DNA of 46,729 nucleotides from Balamuthia mandrillaris (Eukaryota): NCBI GenBank assembly GCA_031835245.2, contig JAVKOQ020000105.1, positions 124,001 to 170,729 of the forward strand, read 5' to 3'. Shown piece by piece: positions 1 to 10,045 of this stretch (position 1 is its first letter; each line of letters starts with the position of its first letter). The notes under the pieces were generated by a model. It saw only the letters and a program-made list of their open reading frames with translations, ran no database searches and was not told where the DNA came from. The position numbers and the translations under genes were made by a program.

Positions 1-12
1 CGGCCAGAGGGA

Positions 13-567
13 ATGGAGTCGGACAGGGACTATGTGAAAGTGACAGAGGCAAAGCTGAGCGTGGAGGACGTGGTCCAGCGGGTGAGCGACGGCTCGGCGG
101 GCGGGATAGCCACCTTCATCGGCACCACCAGGGACAACTTCGAGGGGAAGAAGGTGGTGAAGCTGGAGTACGAGGCCTACGTGCCCATGGCCGAGAAGCA
201 AATGGTCAGGATCGCAGAGCAGCTCAGGGGGCGGTGGAGGGAGGTCGCCAAGGTCGGAATGGTGCACAGGATAGGGACGGTGCCGGTGGGGGAGGCCAGC
301 GTCATCGTGGCCGTCTCCTCCACGCACCGCCAGGACTGCTTGGAGGCCGTGCACTGGGCCATCGACGAGCTCAAAGCGACGGTCCCCATCTGGAAGAAAG
401 AGTACTACGAGGGCGGGGAGAGCAGCATTTGGAAGGAGAACAAGGAGTGCTTCTTTCACTCTCACAACCAACCTCAACAACCACCATCGCTTCAACCTCA
501 CCAGCAGCATCATCGCCACCACCACCCCCCAGAGGAACACAGAGAGGTGGAGATCACCTCCACATGA
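13..567 (+). CDS. MOCS2: Molybdopterin synthase catalytic subunit (MoaE family)
   Basis: Intronless ORF with MoaE motifs GGIATFIGTTRDNF, LEYEAYVPMA, HRIGTVPVGEASV, AIDELKATVPIWKKE and WKENKE; Q/H-rich tail. Confidence 0.95.
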   Translation: MESDRDYVKVTEAKLSVEDVVQRVSDGSAGGIATFIGTTRDNFEGKKVVKLEYEAYVPMAEKQMVRIAEQLRGRWREVAKVGMVHRIGTVPVGEASVIVAVSSTHRQDCLEAVHWAIDELKATVPIWKKEYYEGGESSIWKENKECFFHSHNQPQQPPSLQPHQQHHRHHHPPEEHREVEITST

Positions 568-780
568 AGAACGTGGAAAGGGGGAGAAGGGGCAGACACC
601 TCCCCCAGAGCTCCTCTCCCCTCTCTTCTGATCTTTGTTCGCTAGGTGAGTCCAGCTGAACAAAGTGTGTACATATGGAGAACGAATGTAGCTCAAGTGG
701 TGCAAAGGATATGTCGACAATAAAGAAAACTCCAAACAAAAAAATATAAAAAAATAAAAGAAATAAAAAGAAAGAAAGGA

Positions 781-1789
781 ATGGAGCTGAGCCGTCTTGA
801 CGGACCGAACAGCAAGTTCTCTGCTCGTCAAAGCGGCGGGGGGTTGAGTGGAAGGAACACTGGCAACGATTTTCTCGACGACGATGACCTCGAGGTTATT
901 ATTCCCTTGCTTTTTCGTCCTTTCAACAAAATATAAACATTTTTCGTTTTGTCTCATTCGACTTTTTTTTTTGCGATGAAATGTTTTTGTTGTTGTTGTG
1001 GTTTGTTTTTTTAAAAAGGCGGTGACAGTGGCGCAGCGGCAACGGTTGTTGCAGGGCACGGATAGGTTGGGAGATCAGGGGGACCGCCTGCAGCGGGCTC
1101 ACATGATTGCTCTCCAAAACGAGGAGATTGGAGTGGAGATTCATGGCTCCCTGCTCGAACAAAGAGAAACCCTCGAAAGAGCTCGTGATAAGGTTTCCTT
1201 CTCTCTTCCTCTTCCTCTTCCTCTTCCTCTTCCTCTTCCTCTTCCTCTTCCTCTTCCTCTTCCTCTTCCTCTTCCTCTTCCTCTTCCTCTTCCTCTTCCT
1301 CTTCCTCTTCCTCTTTCCTCCTCTTCCCTCTTCCTCTTCCTCTTCCTCTTCCCTCTTCCTCTTCCTCTTCCTCTTCCTCTTCCTCTTCCTCTTCCTCTTC
1401 CTCTTCCTCTTCCTCTTCCTCTTCCTCTTCCTCTTCCTCTTCCTCTTCCTGTCAGGCAGCCTTTACTCACATCTTGTTTTTTCTGCACATTCTGCTTGCT
1501 TCTTGTTCTCTTGTTCTTTGTTGTTCTTGTTTCTGTTCTCTGCTTCTTGCTTCTTGCTTCTTGCTTCTTCTTGTCTTGTTCTTCTGGTCGCCACAAAAAC
1601 AAACAGACACGTGCGGTGAACGACAACATAACGCAGAGCCGGAAAATAATGCAGGCGATGTCCAGGCGAGTGATAACCAACAAGTTGGTGTTGGTCTTCA
1701 TCATAGTGATCCTGCTGGCAAGCATCATGCTGATCGTCTACCTCAAATGGGGACGACCGCTGATGCACTCTGGCGACTCTAAGCACTAA
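781..1789 (+). CDS. Vti1-like Qb-SNARE, apparently without the Habc domain
   Basis: Exons 781-894, 1019-1192 and 1607-1789 join in frame at GT-AG sites. QRQRLLQGTDRL...EEIGVEIHGSLLEQRETLERAR...SRKIMQAMSRRVITNKL followed by a C-terminal TM helix. Confidence 0.85.
1203..1450 (+). repeat. (CTTCCT)n hexamer microsatellite in intron 2 of the SNARE gene
   Basis: Directly visible; it generates the spurious poly-LP, poly-LF and poly-RG ORFs. Confidence 0.95.
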
Positions 1790-2363
1790 CCCTCCACTTC
1801 ACCTTTTGCCATGAAAAACATTACAGAATGGGGAAGGCAAAAAAACAAAAATGGAACGAACGGCAGTGAGGAAAAAGAACTTGTGCTCAAACTAACCCAA
1901 GCAAGACGAGAACAAAGAGAGAGAGAGAGAGAGAGAGAGAGATGCTTCTATGCTTGCGTTCTGTTTGAGATAGTTATTATTATTATGTTGTTGTAAATAA
2001 TACTTTATTGTGTGCCTCACTTTCGAATTGTGTTGACTTTGTAGACGTGTACGTCCCGACGTGGGCGCCCTCGCTGGTGCCAGCGATGACGAGGGTTGGC
2101 CTGCGGGGTGGGTGGGCACCCGCACATGAGCGCCAAGCCAGCAGCGCAAAGTTGTTCGTACTTTGCCAGAAATTCAGCCGATAATTCACTGCCAAGGAGA
2201 AGGGTCCTCTCCTCCCTCTTGCACCCCCCCCCCCAGCCAGCCAGCAGCAGCACCAGCAGCAGTGAAAGAGAGGAAAGAATAGAACAAACAAGAACAAACA
2301 AGAAGAACTCGTAGCAGCAGCTAGTATTTCGAGGGTAGCAACGAACACACACAGAGAAAAAAG

Positions 2364-3326
2364 ATGAGTGGAGCAGTAAGGTCGTTGTTTCAAACGGTGC
2401 GAAAGAGAAAGTCCGAGGAGCCTGAAGAGTTCGAGGAGCCTTTGGATGAAGATGGTTTGGGCCTGCTCCTCCTTCCTTGCTTTTTTTTTCTTCCTTCCCC
2501 CTTGCAAGGAGGGTTCGACTTTTGCGCTCGGCGTATCTGCCTCTAACCTCACCCTTTGTCTCCATGACACCACTTGGTCGCAACAGAGCAGCAGCAAGTT
2601 ATCCAGCAGCTCGTGGAGAGTAACCGGCAGATGAACGCCCGTTTTTCGGTACCTTTCCTTCTTCTTGTTATTCTTTCTCTTTCTTCTGCTTCTCTTGCTT
2701 CTACTTCCTCCTTTCTTCTTCCTCCTTTCTGCAAACAGAGGTAAAGGTGTAACACGAGCTGGTTTTATTTGTAGGCTGTCTTCATGCTAGTGGGGCTAGT
2801 GCTGGCCGCCATCAAGTTCTACTGTGCGTTCAGCCATTTCTTTTATCCATTCCAGCTGCCCTTCCACTTCTTTTTGGAGGACGTCATCTCGGGTCCAGCG
2901 CTCTTCATCTTCGAGTTCAACTCGGCCCTGTCCTTCCTGTGTTGTGCGGTGTACATGCGACCACCTCCGCAAACCTTTGCTCCTCTTCTTCGTTTCTTTG
3001 GCAAAGGGGGAGCGGCACGCAGCAGGGACAAAGGCAAGGAAAAGGTGAAGGAGGAAGACGAGTCGGACAGCAACCAACGAACCGACCTTTTGGCTCGTCT
3101 CTCGGAGCCGCTGACCATCGGGGCGTTGATGTTGCTGCCGTCATTGCTGTACTGCGTGCCGCTCTACCTGATGGTGGACGATGTGGAGCTTAAGCGGATG
3201 GTTTGGGTGGTGGGCGCCAACGTGCTCTTCCTCGCCCTTTGCTACTATTTGAAACGGCTCATGAAAAGCAGCGAGCACGACGCCATGGGTCTCAACAAAT
3301 ACACCTACACCTTCAAGCGGGCCTAA
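2364..3326 (+). CDS. Conserved multi-pass membrane protein of unknown function
   Basis: Exons 2364-2454, 2587-2648 and 2775-3326 splice in frame: PLDEDEQQQVIQQLVESN, then about 4 hydrophobic helices, ending GLNKYTYTFKRA. Confidence 0.7.
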
Positions 3327-3435
3327 AGCAGGAACTCTAGGGCCTCCCCCTTCTCTTGCCATATAAATACCTAACCGAAAAGGTTCCTGGCTGTGAATAA
3401 TAAGATTTTGGTTGTTGTTGTTGTTGTTGCATGCT

Positions 3436-3559
<124 letters not shown>

Positions 3560-3710
3560 CGCTCTGGAAGCTGTGGGTCGACACAAAATAAAGAGTTTGC
3601 CTCCACTCCAAAAACAAAAAACCTCTTCGCGCGGCAGCAGCAGCAGCCACCAGTTTTTTTGTTGGTTGGGGAGAGAAAGAAGCCGGAAAAGCGTAGCGGG
3701 AGGGGAGGGG

Positions 3711-6408
3711 ATGGATGCACAGCAGCAGGCAGTACGCGCACGGGGCACCTTCGACTGCCCCATGTGCTACGGCACGATTAACTACACCGAGATTTATGCG
3801 CATCTTCCAGACTGCTTCGCCGCCACGGCCAAAAAAGGAGGTGTGCCAGTGGCGTTCGATCGTCGAGACGAACGTAGCCAGCAGCGCGAAGCGATATCCC
3901 AAAATAATGATCGCTCCTCCAGCAAACAGCCCAAGTCACGCAGGTCAGTAACTTCTACTTCTATAACCAGAAATAGAGCGGTCTCCAGCTCTCCTTGCTA
4001 CTCTCCGGAAAGCTTCTCTCAACAAAAGAAGATGCCGAATGAACATCTGGACCAACTGGGTATCTGTCCTGTGCGCATCTCAAGCCCAGGGCGAGGAAGA
4101 GAGCTGGAAATAGCCCCAAAAACCAAACGTTTTTGGTGGATAAAGCACTTGTTTTCGCACCACAGTTTTCGCCTCGCTGAAGCGTATGAGTCCGAACTTG
4201 GACCGCATTTGCCAGACCCACCGACTTTTGTAAGTCCTTCTTATTTGATTTCTTTTTTCTTGGCCTCCTTATTTGCTGAGTGCTCTGCTCTTTTCTAGAG
4301 TTCGTTTTCGCTTTCATTCGAGGACTGTATCTATCAATTCAAAGGACCCCTTCCCTCCGACTTTTCCTTTAGCACAACGGAAAAGAGTTTCAACAGATGC
4401 GTAGGGTTGCTGGCAGAACTCGTTGCATCCAAAAGAGCCATCCAGATGGAAGGAAAGGGCGAAGGCTCTCATGAGTACGAGCTCTACATGTGGCTGTACT
4501 CTTGTTTTCTTTTTGGTTGTTCACGCGAACTTAACAGAGCATGGTTTGTGTACCATGTTAACTTTGCCTACTTTCGCTTAGTACTGACGGTTGGTCGTTT
4601 ATAGGAGAGGAACTGTAATGGACAATGAGTTCCTTCTGTTACCCGACGAACAGTGGGTTTACACTGCGGAGGAAGTCCGGATACTTGTGGAGAAACAAGA
4701 ACAGCCTCCGCGTCGGTATTCAAAGAAGCGTTGGCAGCCTGATGGAATGGTGGGATTTACGGAAGAAATAGTTTCCCAAGTGTTTGGCTCCACCGACTTC
4801 GCGAAATGTCGTATTTCAGAGGACGTTTTCTTGGGCTTTGTAGCCATCGAGCACAAGAAAGATACGCATGAGATGGCGGATGTGTATGTACCTTCCCGTT
4901 TGTTTGTCCATTTCTGACTCTTGTAATGTACAGCAATATGCTGGCCTATGAGATGTATTTGCTTTGCAAAGCACAGAAACAGATAGGAATGAAATACCCC
5001 CTCGCCTTTGGAATATATTGGGCTGGTACCATTTTTATGCTCTTCTTTATGGAAGTTTGTGAAGAGAAATACGTGTCCCATCAAATACTCCAATTAGATA
5101 GCAAGGAAGGTTTGGGAATTCCTAAGTATGACCACCTCTATGCTAATTTTTTGTGATAACAGCAGACCAGCTGGTACTCATTTTTCGTGCATTGTGGTAC
5201 TTGCGTTTGCATGGACGAAATCTGGCCCACAAGATGGAAACCCTTTCCACGGCCAAGTTTCTCGCTACTGCTAATGTGTATGTATACGTTGCCACAAGCG
5301 GGGGTAACTCGAGAGGAACCCCAGGTTCTAGTGGGCAGTCACCAAACACACGAAAAGAGGAGTCGCCAGGTGAAAAAGACCAAAACCGAGAGAATCCTGG
5401 GGGCTCTAGGGGATCCAATAAAGGAACACAAGAGCAAAATAAGCCTACTGACCAGCCTCCTCCTACCAAAAACAAAACTATAACCTGTGACGAGACGGGC
5501 CAAGTGTATGAAGTGCTTCCAACTGTCATCCGCAAGGTACTGCATTTTTGATGTTCCTGCACAAGTATAACCGTTTTGTATACAGAGTTCTGCTACCAAG
5601 CTGCAGCTTGCAAAGAATGTCGAAACCGGGGAAGTAGTTGTGTTGAAAAAACGATTGGATCGCAACTCCCGCTACAGCTCTACTGAACTTCAAGCTTTGC
5701 GTTTGCTGCAAGAAGCTCCTGGTATTGTTCGCCTTCGCGGCACGTGCTTTGAGGAAAAAAGTCATACGAATATTTTGATCTTGGAGTATGTGGACAAGGT
5801 ACTCAAACTGCATGATGCTGGGGTAACAACACCGATGTTGTGTACCTTTTTTTCTCAGTTACTGAAGGTACCGTTTTGTTCATGCGTTAGAGTTCTTGTC
5901 CAAAGGACTGACGTATTCATAGGCACTTGACGGTTGTAGGTACAATCAAGTAGTTCATCATGATCTAAAACCAAGCAACGTGTTATTTACTCCAGACCAG
6001 GTAGTAAGTTTTTTTTTTCCAGAACTTGGGTTTCTGTTTAACCAGGTGCTGGCTGCTTATACAGAAAACAGTGTTGGTGGATTTTGACCATGCTAAAATT
6101 TTGCGGACTGAGTCTCGTACCAAAAATCGATGCACAGCTGGCTACACTCCACCAGAACTTGCCAATGGACGTAGTGTGCCAGTTGCGAGCTCGATCGATA
6201 TATGGAGTGCCGGCATTATGCTGCTGGAAGTGGTATGGTGATCACCTTTACCAATCTTGTTTTGGCACCGTTTAACGAAAATGTCAGTTGTTAAATCTGC
6301 GTGTGTACAGCGATGAGGCAGCATGGCGCCTGGTTGAGGTTTTGCATACAGCACCAGTTGACAGAACCACAGAGCACATTGCAGATTGGATAACAAATTT
6401 GCAGTATG

Positions 6409-6439
<31 letters not shown>

Positions 6440-6681
6440 TGTTTCTGATTGTAGAGTCCTGTAGAGATGAAGAAGATCCTCTTGCGGACGACATTTGGAT
6501 GCTGCCCCTTCCTGAAAATGAGGATGAATGGAAAGGACCGTCGCTGCACTGCTGCAAGGAGGCGTTTCACCTGGTGCGATGGATGCTTGCTGTAAACCCT
6601 GCTTGTCGGCCTTTCCCCAAGGACGCGCTTCAGCACCCTTTTCTATCGCCAGGCCTTCTGCCTTCATCGAAGACATCGTAA
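3711..6681 (+). CDS. Crinkler-like protein: UBZ-like Zn finger, PD-(D/E)xK REase-like domain and atypical protein kinase
   Basis: Multi-exon. N-terminal CPMC-x8-AHLPDC; central WQPDGMVG...FVAIEHKK...NMLAYEM; kinase motifs VVVLKK, TELQAL, HHDLKPSN, LVDFD, GYTPPE, IDIWSAG, ML-x-VNPACRP; stop at 6679-6681. Confidence 0.75.
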
Positions 6682-6920
6682 GTAGTTTGACCTGGTTTGC
6701 AAGGTGGGTTAGCCAACAGACCACCTGGTAAAACCTTCCCAAATAAAGCGCATATCCCCACTAACCAAAAAAAGGAAACGAAACTATTCAACGAATGCTT
6801 TCATGTTACAGACGCTCCCTGCCCGCATCAGGGCCGTTCGGACCTGATCATGGAGGTTGCTCCGCCTTTTTTTGTTCTCTCCCCGGAAGCCTGGAACTTC
6901 AAAGATGTGTCTGCTTTGGA

Positions 6921-7090
6921 ACCTCAGGAAAGCATTGTTATTCACAGCAAACACTGGGTGGGACCAGACCTTGGTCAACACCGCTTTCTGTAGGTTCGTC
7001 GGAAGGAGCCGTATCTTCCTCACTTTGTACTCCTTGGACGGTGGTGTCGCCGTCAGTTCCTCCCCCTCCTCCTCCTCCGTCGCCGCTTTC
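6921..7090 (-). pseudogene. Fanzor2/TnpB N-terminal fragment
   Basis: KEYKVRKIRLLPTNLQKAVLTK matches the TnpB/Fanzor HTH start (KIRIYPTxxQKxxL). No RuvC or Zn-finger part is present. Confidence 0.7.
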
Positions 7091-7483
7091 TTCTTCTTCT
7101 TCTTCTTCTTCTTCTTCTTCTTCTTCTTCTTCTTCTTCTTCTTCTTCTTCTTCTTCTTCTTCTTCTTCTTCTTCTTCTTCTTCTTCTTCTTCTTCTTCTT
7201 CTTCTTCTTCTTCTTCTTCTTCTTCTTCTTCTTCTTCTTCTTCTTCTTCTTCTTCTTCTTCTTCTTCTTCTTCTTCTTCTTCTTTCTTCTTCTTCTTCTT
7301 CTTCTTCTTCTTCTTCTTTCCTTCTTCTTCTTCTTCTTCTTCTTCTTCTTCTTCTTCTTCTTCTTCTTCTTCTTCTTCTTCTTCTCTTCCTTCTTCTTCT
7401 TCTTCTTCTTCTTCTTCTTCTTCTTCTTCTTCTTCTTCTTCTTCTTCTTCTTCTTCTTCTTCTTCTTCTTCTTCTTCTTCTTC
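7088..7483. repeat. ~395-bp (TTC/GAA)n triplet tract inside the Fanzor remnant
   Basis: Directly visible, with a few phase interruptions. Confidence 0.95.
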
Positions 7484-7661
7484 ACTGCGGAGGCAGGAGA
7501 CAACAAAGCAGGAAGATGGGTTTTTTGTTACAGACGTTAATGCTTTGGATTTTATTGTCACCGTTCTTTCTCCTGTTTTGTTGAAAAACATCCTCCGACG
7601 ACGTCAAAATCTTCCTAAAAAAGAAAAAAGATAGCTGGCGTTTCTGCTTTCAGCTGCCACA

Positions 7662-7990
7662 TCAGCTTTCCTCCGCAGTGTCTTCTTCTTCTTCTTCTTC
7701 TTCTTCACTCCCTCTTGTTGTCCTTTTGGCTTTACTGCGCTGCAGAGGGGGAGCAAACGAAAACGGAACACCTCTGTAGTGTCGGGCGTAGCAGAGGTGT
7801 TCCGTTTTCGTTTGCTCCCCCTTTTGGTTGAAGATGCGTTGGATGTCGTCGAGGTGGTAGAGACGGTTGCCTCCTGGGGTACGGGTGAAGCGCAGACGTC
7901 CGTCTCCCGCCTCCGCCCAACGACGAAGGCTTTCATGGGAGACGTTGTAGTGCTTCCTCACTTCTCCTGCTCTGACGTAGCGGTCCGTAG
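7662..7990 (-). pseudogene. tnpA: IS607-family TnpA serine recombinase, catalytic domain deleted
   Basis: DRYVRAGEVRKHYNVSHESLRRWAEAG...RTPGGNRLY is a MerR-like HTH, followed by LCYAR. The frame breaks just before the expected VS(S) catalytic serine and resumes in a basic RSKAKR tail. No ATG found. Confidence 0.85.
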
Positions 7991-8291
7991 TGGTAGTGGT
8001 GGTGTTTGTTTTGTGGTTGTGTGAAAAATGAAAAATAGGCACGTTGCGTTAGAATAAATAAGGAGCTAAATAAAGTTTCTGTGGATTCCCTTAAACCAAA
8101 TATTTCCCTTAAACCAAATACAATATTTACGCCCCCAAATTCTAATTTTCAAAGCTCGGATTTTCTTAAAAATTTCGAGATTAACAAGGTTAATTTGTGT
8201 CGTCACTCAAAGGTTCCTTACTTCAGTCCTGGTAAGGAACGTTCGAGAGGAGGTTCTGTAGGTTGTTCTTATTCTTTAGGACAGATATCCT

Positions 8292-9494
8292 ATGCGCCGG
8301 CTTGCTGTGTTTCTTTTTGTCTGTGCTGCCTTCCTTGTTTATCTCGCCCTAGTAAAGCGGGACCTGCTTCCGAACAGGGCGATGGGTAGGCCCTCCCACC
8401 AACCGGAGGCGCATTTGGGGCAAGATTCAGGGTCAGGAGAGTGCGAGGGTCTTGCTCCCCGGCTTTGCAGCGCTGATCAGGTCCGAACGGCCCTGATGCG
8501 GGCAGGGAGCGTCTTAGCTGGAGCAAGCCAACAAAAGTTCCAACAGCACAGTTACACTTCGCGTTCACTGTCAACCATGATGGAGGTTGCTCCGCCTTTT
8601 TTTGTTCTCTCCCCGGAAGCCTGGAACTTCAAAGATGTGTCCGCTTTGGACATGGGGTGTGGTAACGGTCGCTCGCTGTTGGAACTACAAAGTATCCTTC
8701 CCCAGGCTAGAACTGCTTGCGTCAACAAGGCAGGCTATGGAATGATGCAATCAGAAAACCCAACCGACCTGCTGGCGGTAGCCATGGGTACCAATACCAG
8801 CGTCTACTGCCGGGGCACCACGCCGATCCTACCCGAGATACGCTTGACTGAAAGAGGAATAGCCCTCGAAGATTTGCCCTTCCCAACAGCCTCGATGGAC
8901 ATTATCCTATCCCAGCATGCACTTAACCAGGGAAAGATTCAGCCAGAGGACCTACCCGTTGCTCTTCGGCGGATTGCCAAGTTGCTCAAACCTGGGGGTA
9001 TCGCTGTGCTGCATGTGGTGCATCATCCATTGCACACCGGTGTGTTTCCAGCCGACGCCCCTCTCATCATGCATGTTCAAAACAACCTCTTCGTACCATT
9101 GCGGCTTGTCCATACAAGGCGGCTGCTATCAAGCGATGTTGAAATTGAGGCTGAACGTTTTTCCATCCTCATGTATTTCACCTTTGAACGCGGAGGGAAT
9201 ACATCAAGCATCTCTCTCTACATTAGGCGCTGTGGTAGTAGTGACATGCAATGGCCCTCGCTAACTGGGCTGGGATGCCTCTTACCGCCCTCAGCACCCT
9301 CTTCCGACATCCTCACCACCGCTTGGGTCAAAGAAGCGAAGCTAGCCAGCCTCAAATCCGTGCTCCTGGACGAACCGCTGATGAGACAACATGACACACT
9401 TATTCGGAGCTTAAATCCAAATTCGGGGAGTTGGATGAGGAGCTTTGATACTAAGCAAGTGATTAACTTGTGGAAGTTTATGGACACGTTATAG
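8292..9494 (+). CDS. Intronless class I SAM-dependent methyltransferase with N-terminal signal anchor
   Basis: 400-aa ORF with hydrophobic N-terminus, motif I SALDMGCGNG, LPFPTASMDIIL and LRRIAKLLKPGG. Confidence 0.85.
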   Translation: MRRLAVFLFVCAAFLVYLALVKRDLLPNRAMGRPSHQPEAHLGQDSGSGECEGLAPRLCSADQVRTALMRAGSVLAGASQQKFQQHSYTSRSLSTMMEVAPPFFVLSPEAWNFKDVSALDMGCGNGRSLLELQSILPQARTACVNKAGYGMMQSENPTDLLAVAMGTNTSVYCRGTTPILPEIRLTERGIALEDLPFPTASMDIILSQHALNQGKIQPEDLPVALRRIAKLLKPGGIAVLHVVHHPLHTGVFPADAPLIMHVQNNLFVPLRLVHTRRLLSSDVEIEAERFSILMYFTFERGGNTSSISLYIRRCGSSDMQWPSLTGLGCLLPPSAPSSDILTTAWVKEAKLASLKSVLLDEPLMRQHDTLIRSLNPNSGSWMRSFDTKQVINLWKFMDTL

Positions 9495-10045
9495 CTACCT
9501 TGCTAAGCGCATATTGCTTATTTAATTGTAAATAAATGGGCCACAAGGGAGATACTCCCCCGCAACGCTCAACCAGAAAGAATCCTAAAACAACACAGGT
9601 GATAAATCCCATCCCACGCAATGAATGCTTACGCAGAGAGTGGGTCGAGCGACGGGCGATGCGGCTTTGAATCGCCCGCCCATCGCCCTCCACGCTCAAC
9701 CTCTTTGTCAATGTGCATTTATTGCTGGTTGAACTTTGTGGGTTTTTTGGGTGCTAACCCCTCCTTTTCTCAACCAAACTCGGAGGAGGAGCAAGGCCCC
9801 GCTAATGGCAAGCTAGCGGTGGCTGGTGTTCCCTGGTGCAGGAGACGATGAAAAATGGAGGAGAATTGGAAGCAAATAGTGAGAGAGCTGGAGGGTTGAA
9901 AGCAAGAGGTGGAGGAGGAGCAAGCCTCCTCCACCCCCACTGCCCACGTAGCATTTAAGAACTGTTGGTCACACGCTCAAAGCAGGAAGCTCTTGCTGTT
10001 GTTTGGTGAGTGGTTTGTTTTCTGGTTTAGCTTACAGGTTTGACG

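Larger units (their letters stand above)
6811..8120 (-). mobile_element. Rearranged IS607-like / Fanzor2 element remnant
   Basis: TnpA serine-recombinase N-terminus followed on the same strand by a TnpB/Fanzor N-terminal HTH fragment. Tandem TCCCTTAAACCAAATA x2 upstream (~8087-8120). Boundaries approximate. Confidence 0.8.

Noticed and set aside
1..60. Bicistronic MOCS2A/MOCS2B arrangement
   Set aside because: Upstream sequence is outside the window and no overlapping ORF ending in GG is visible.
998..1789. 263-aa poly-LP protein
   Set aside because: The repeat lies in a 414-nt GT-AG intron that happens to be in frame and stop-free; splicing restores a normal SNARE motif.
6784..7634. Poly-K, poly-E, poly-S and poly-F ORFs
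   Set aside because: Artefacts of the (GAA)n tract; only the flanking Fanzor-like peptide is meaningful.
6746..9514. AAGCGCATAT at ~6746 and ~9505 as a TSD around the Fanzor/methyltransferase block
   Set aside because: Only 10 bp, IS607-type elements do not make TSDs, and no empty site is available; may be chance.
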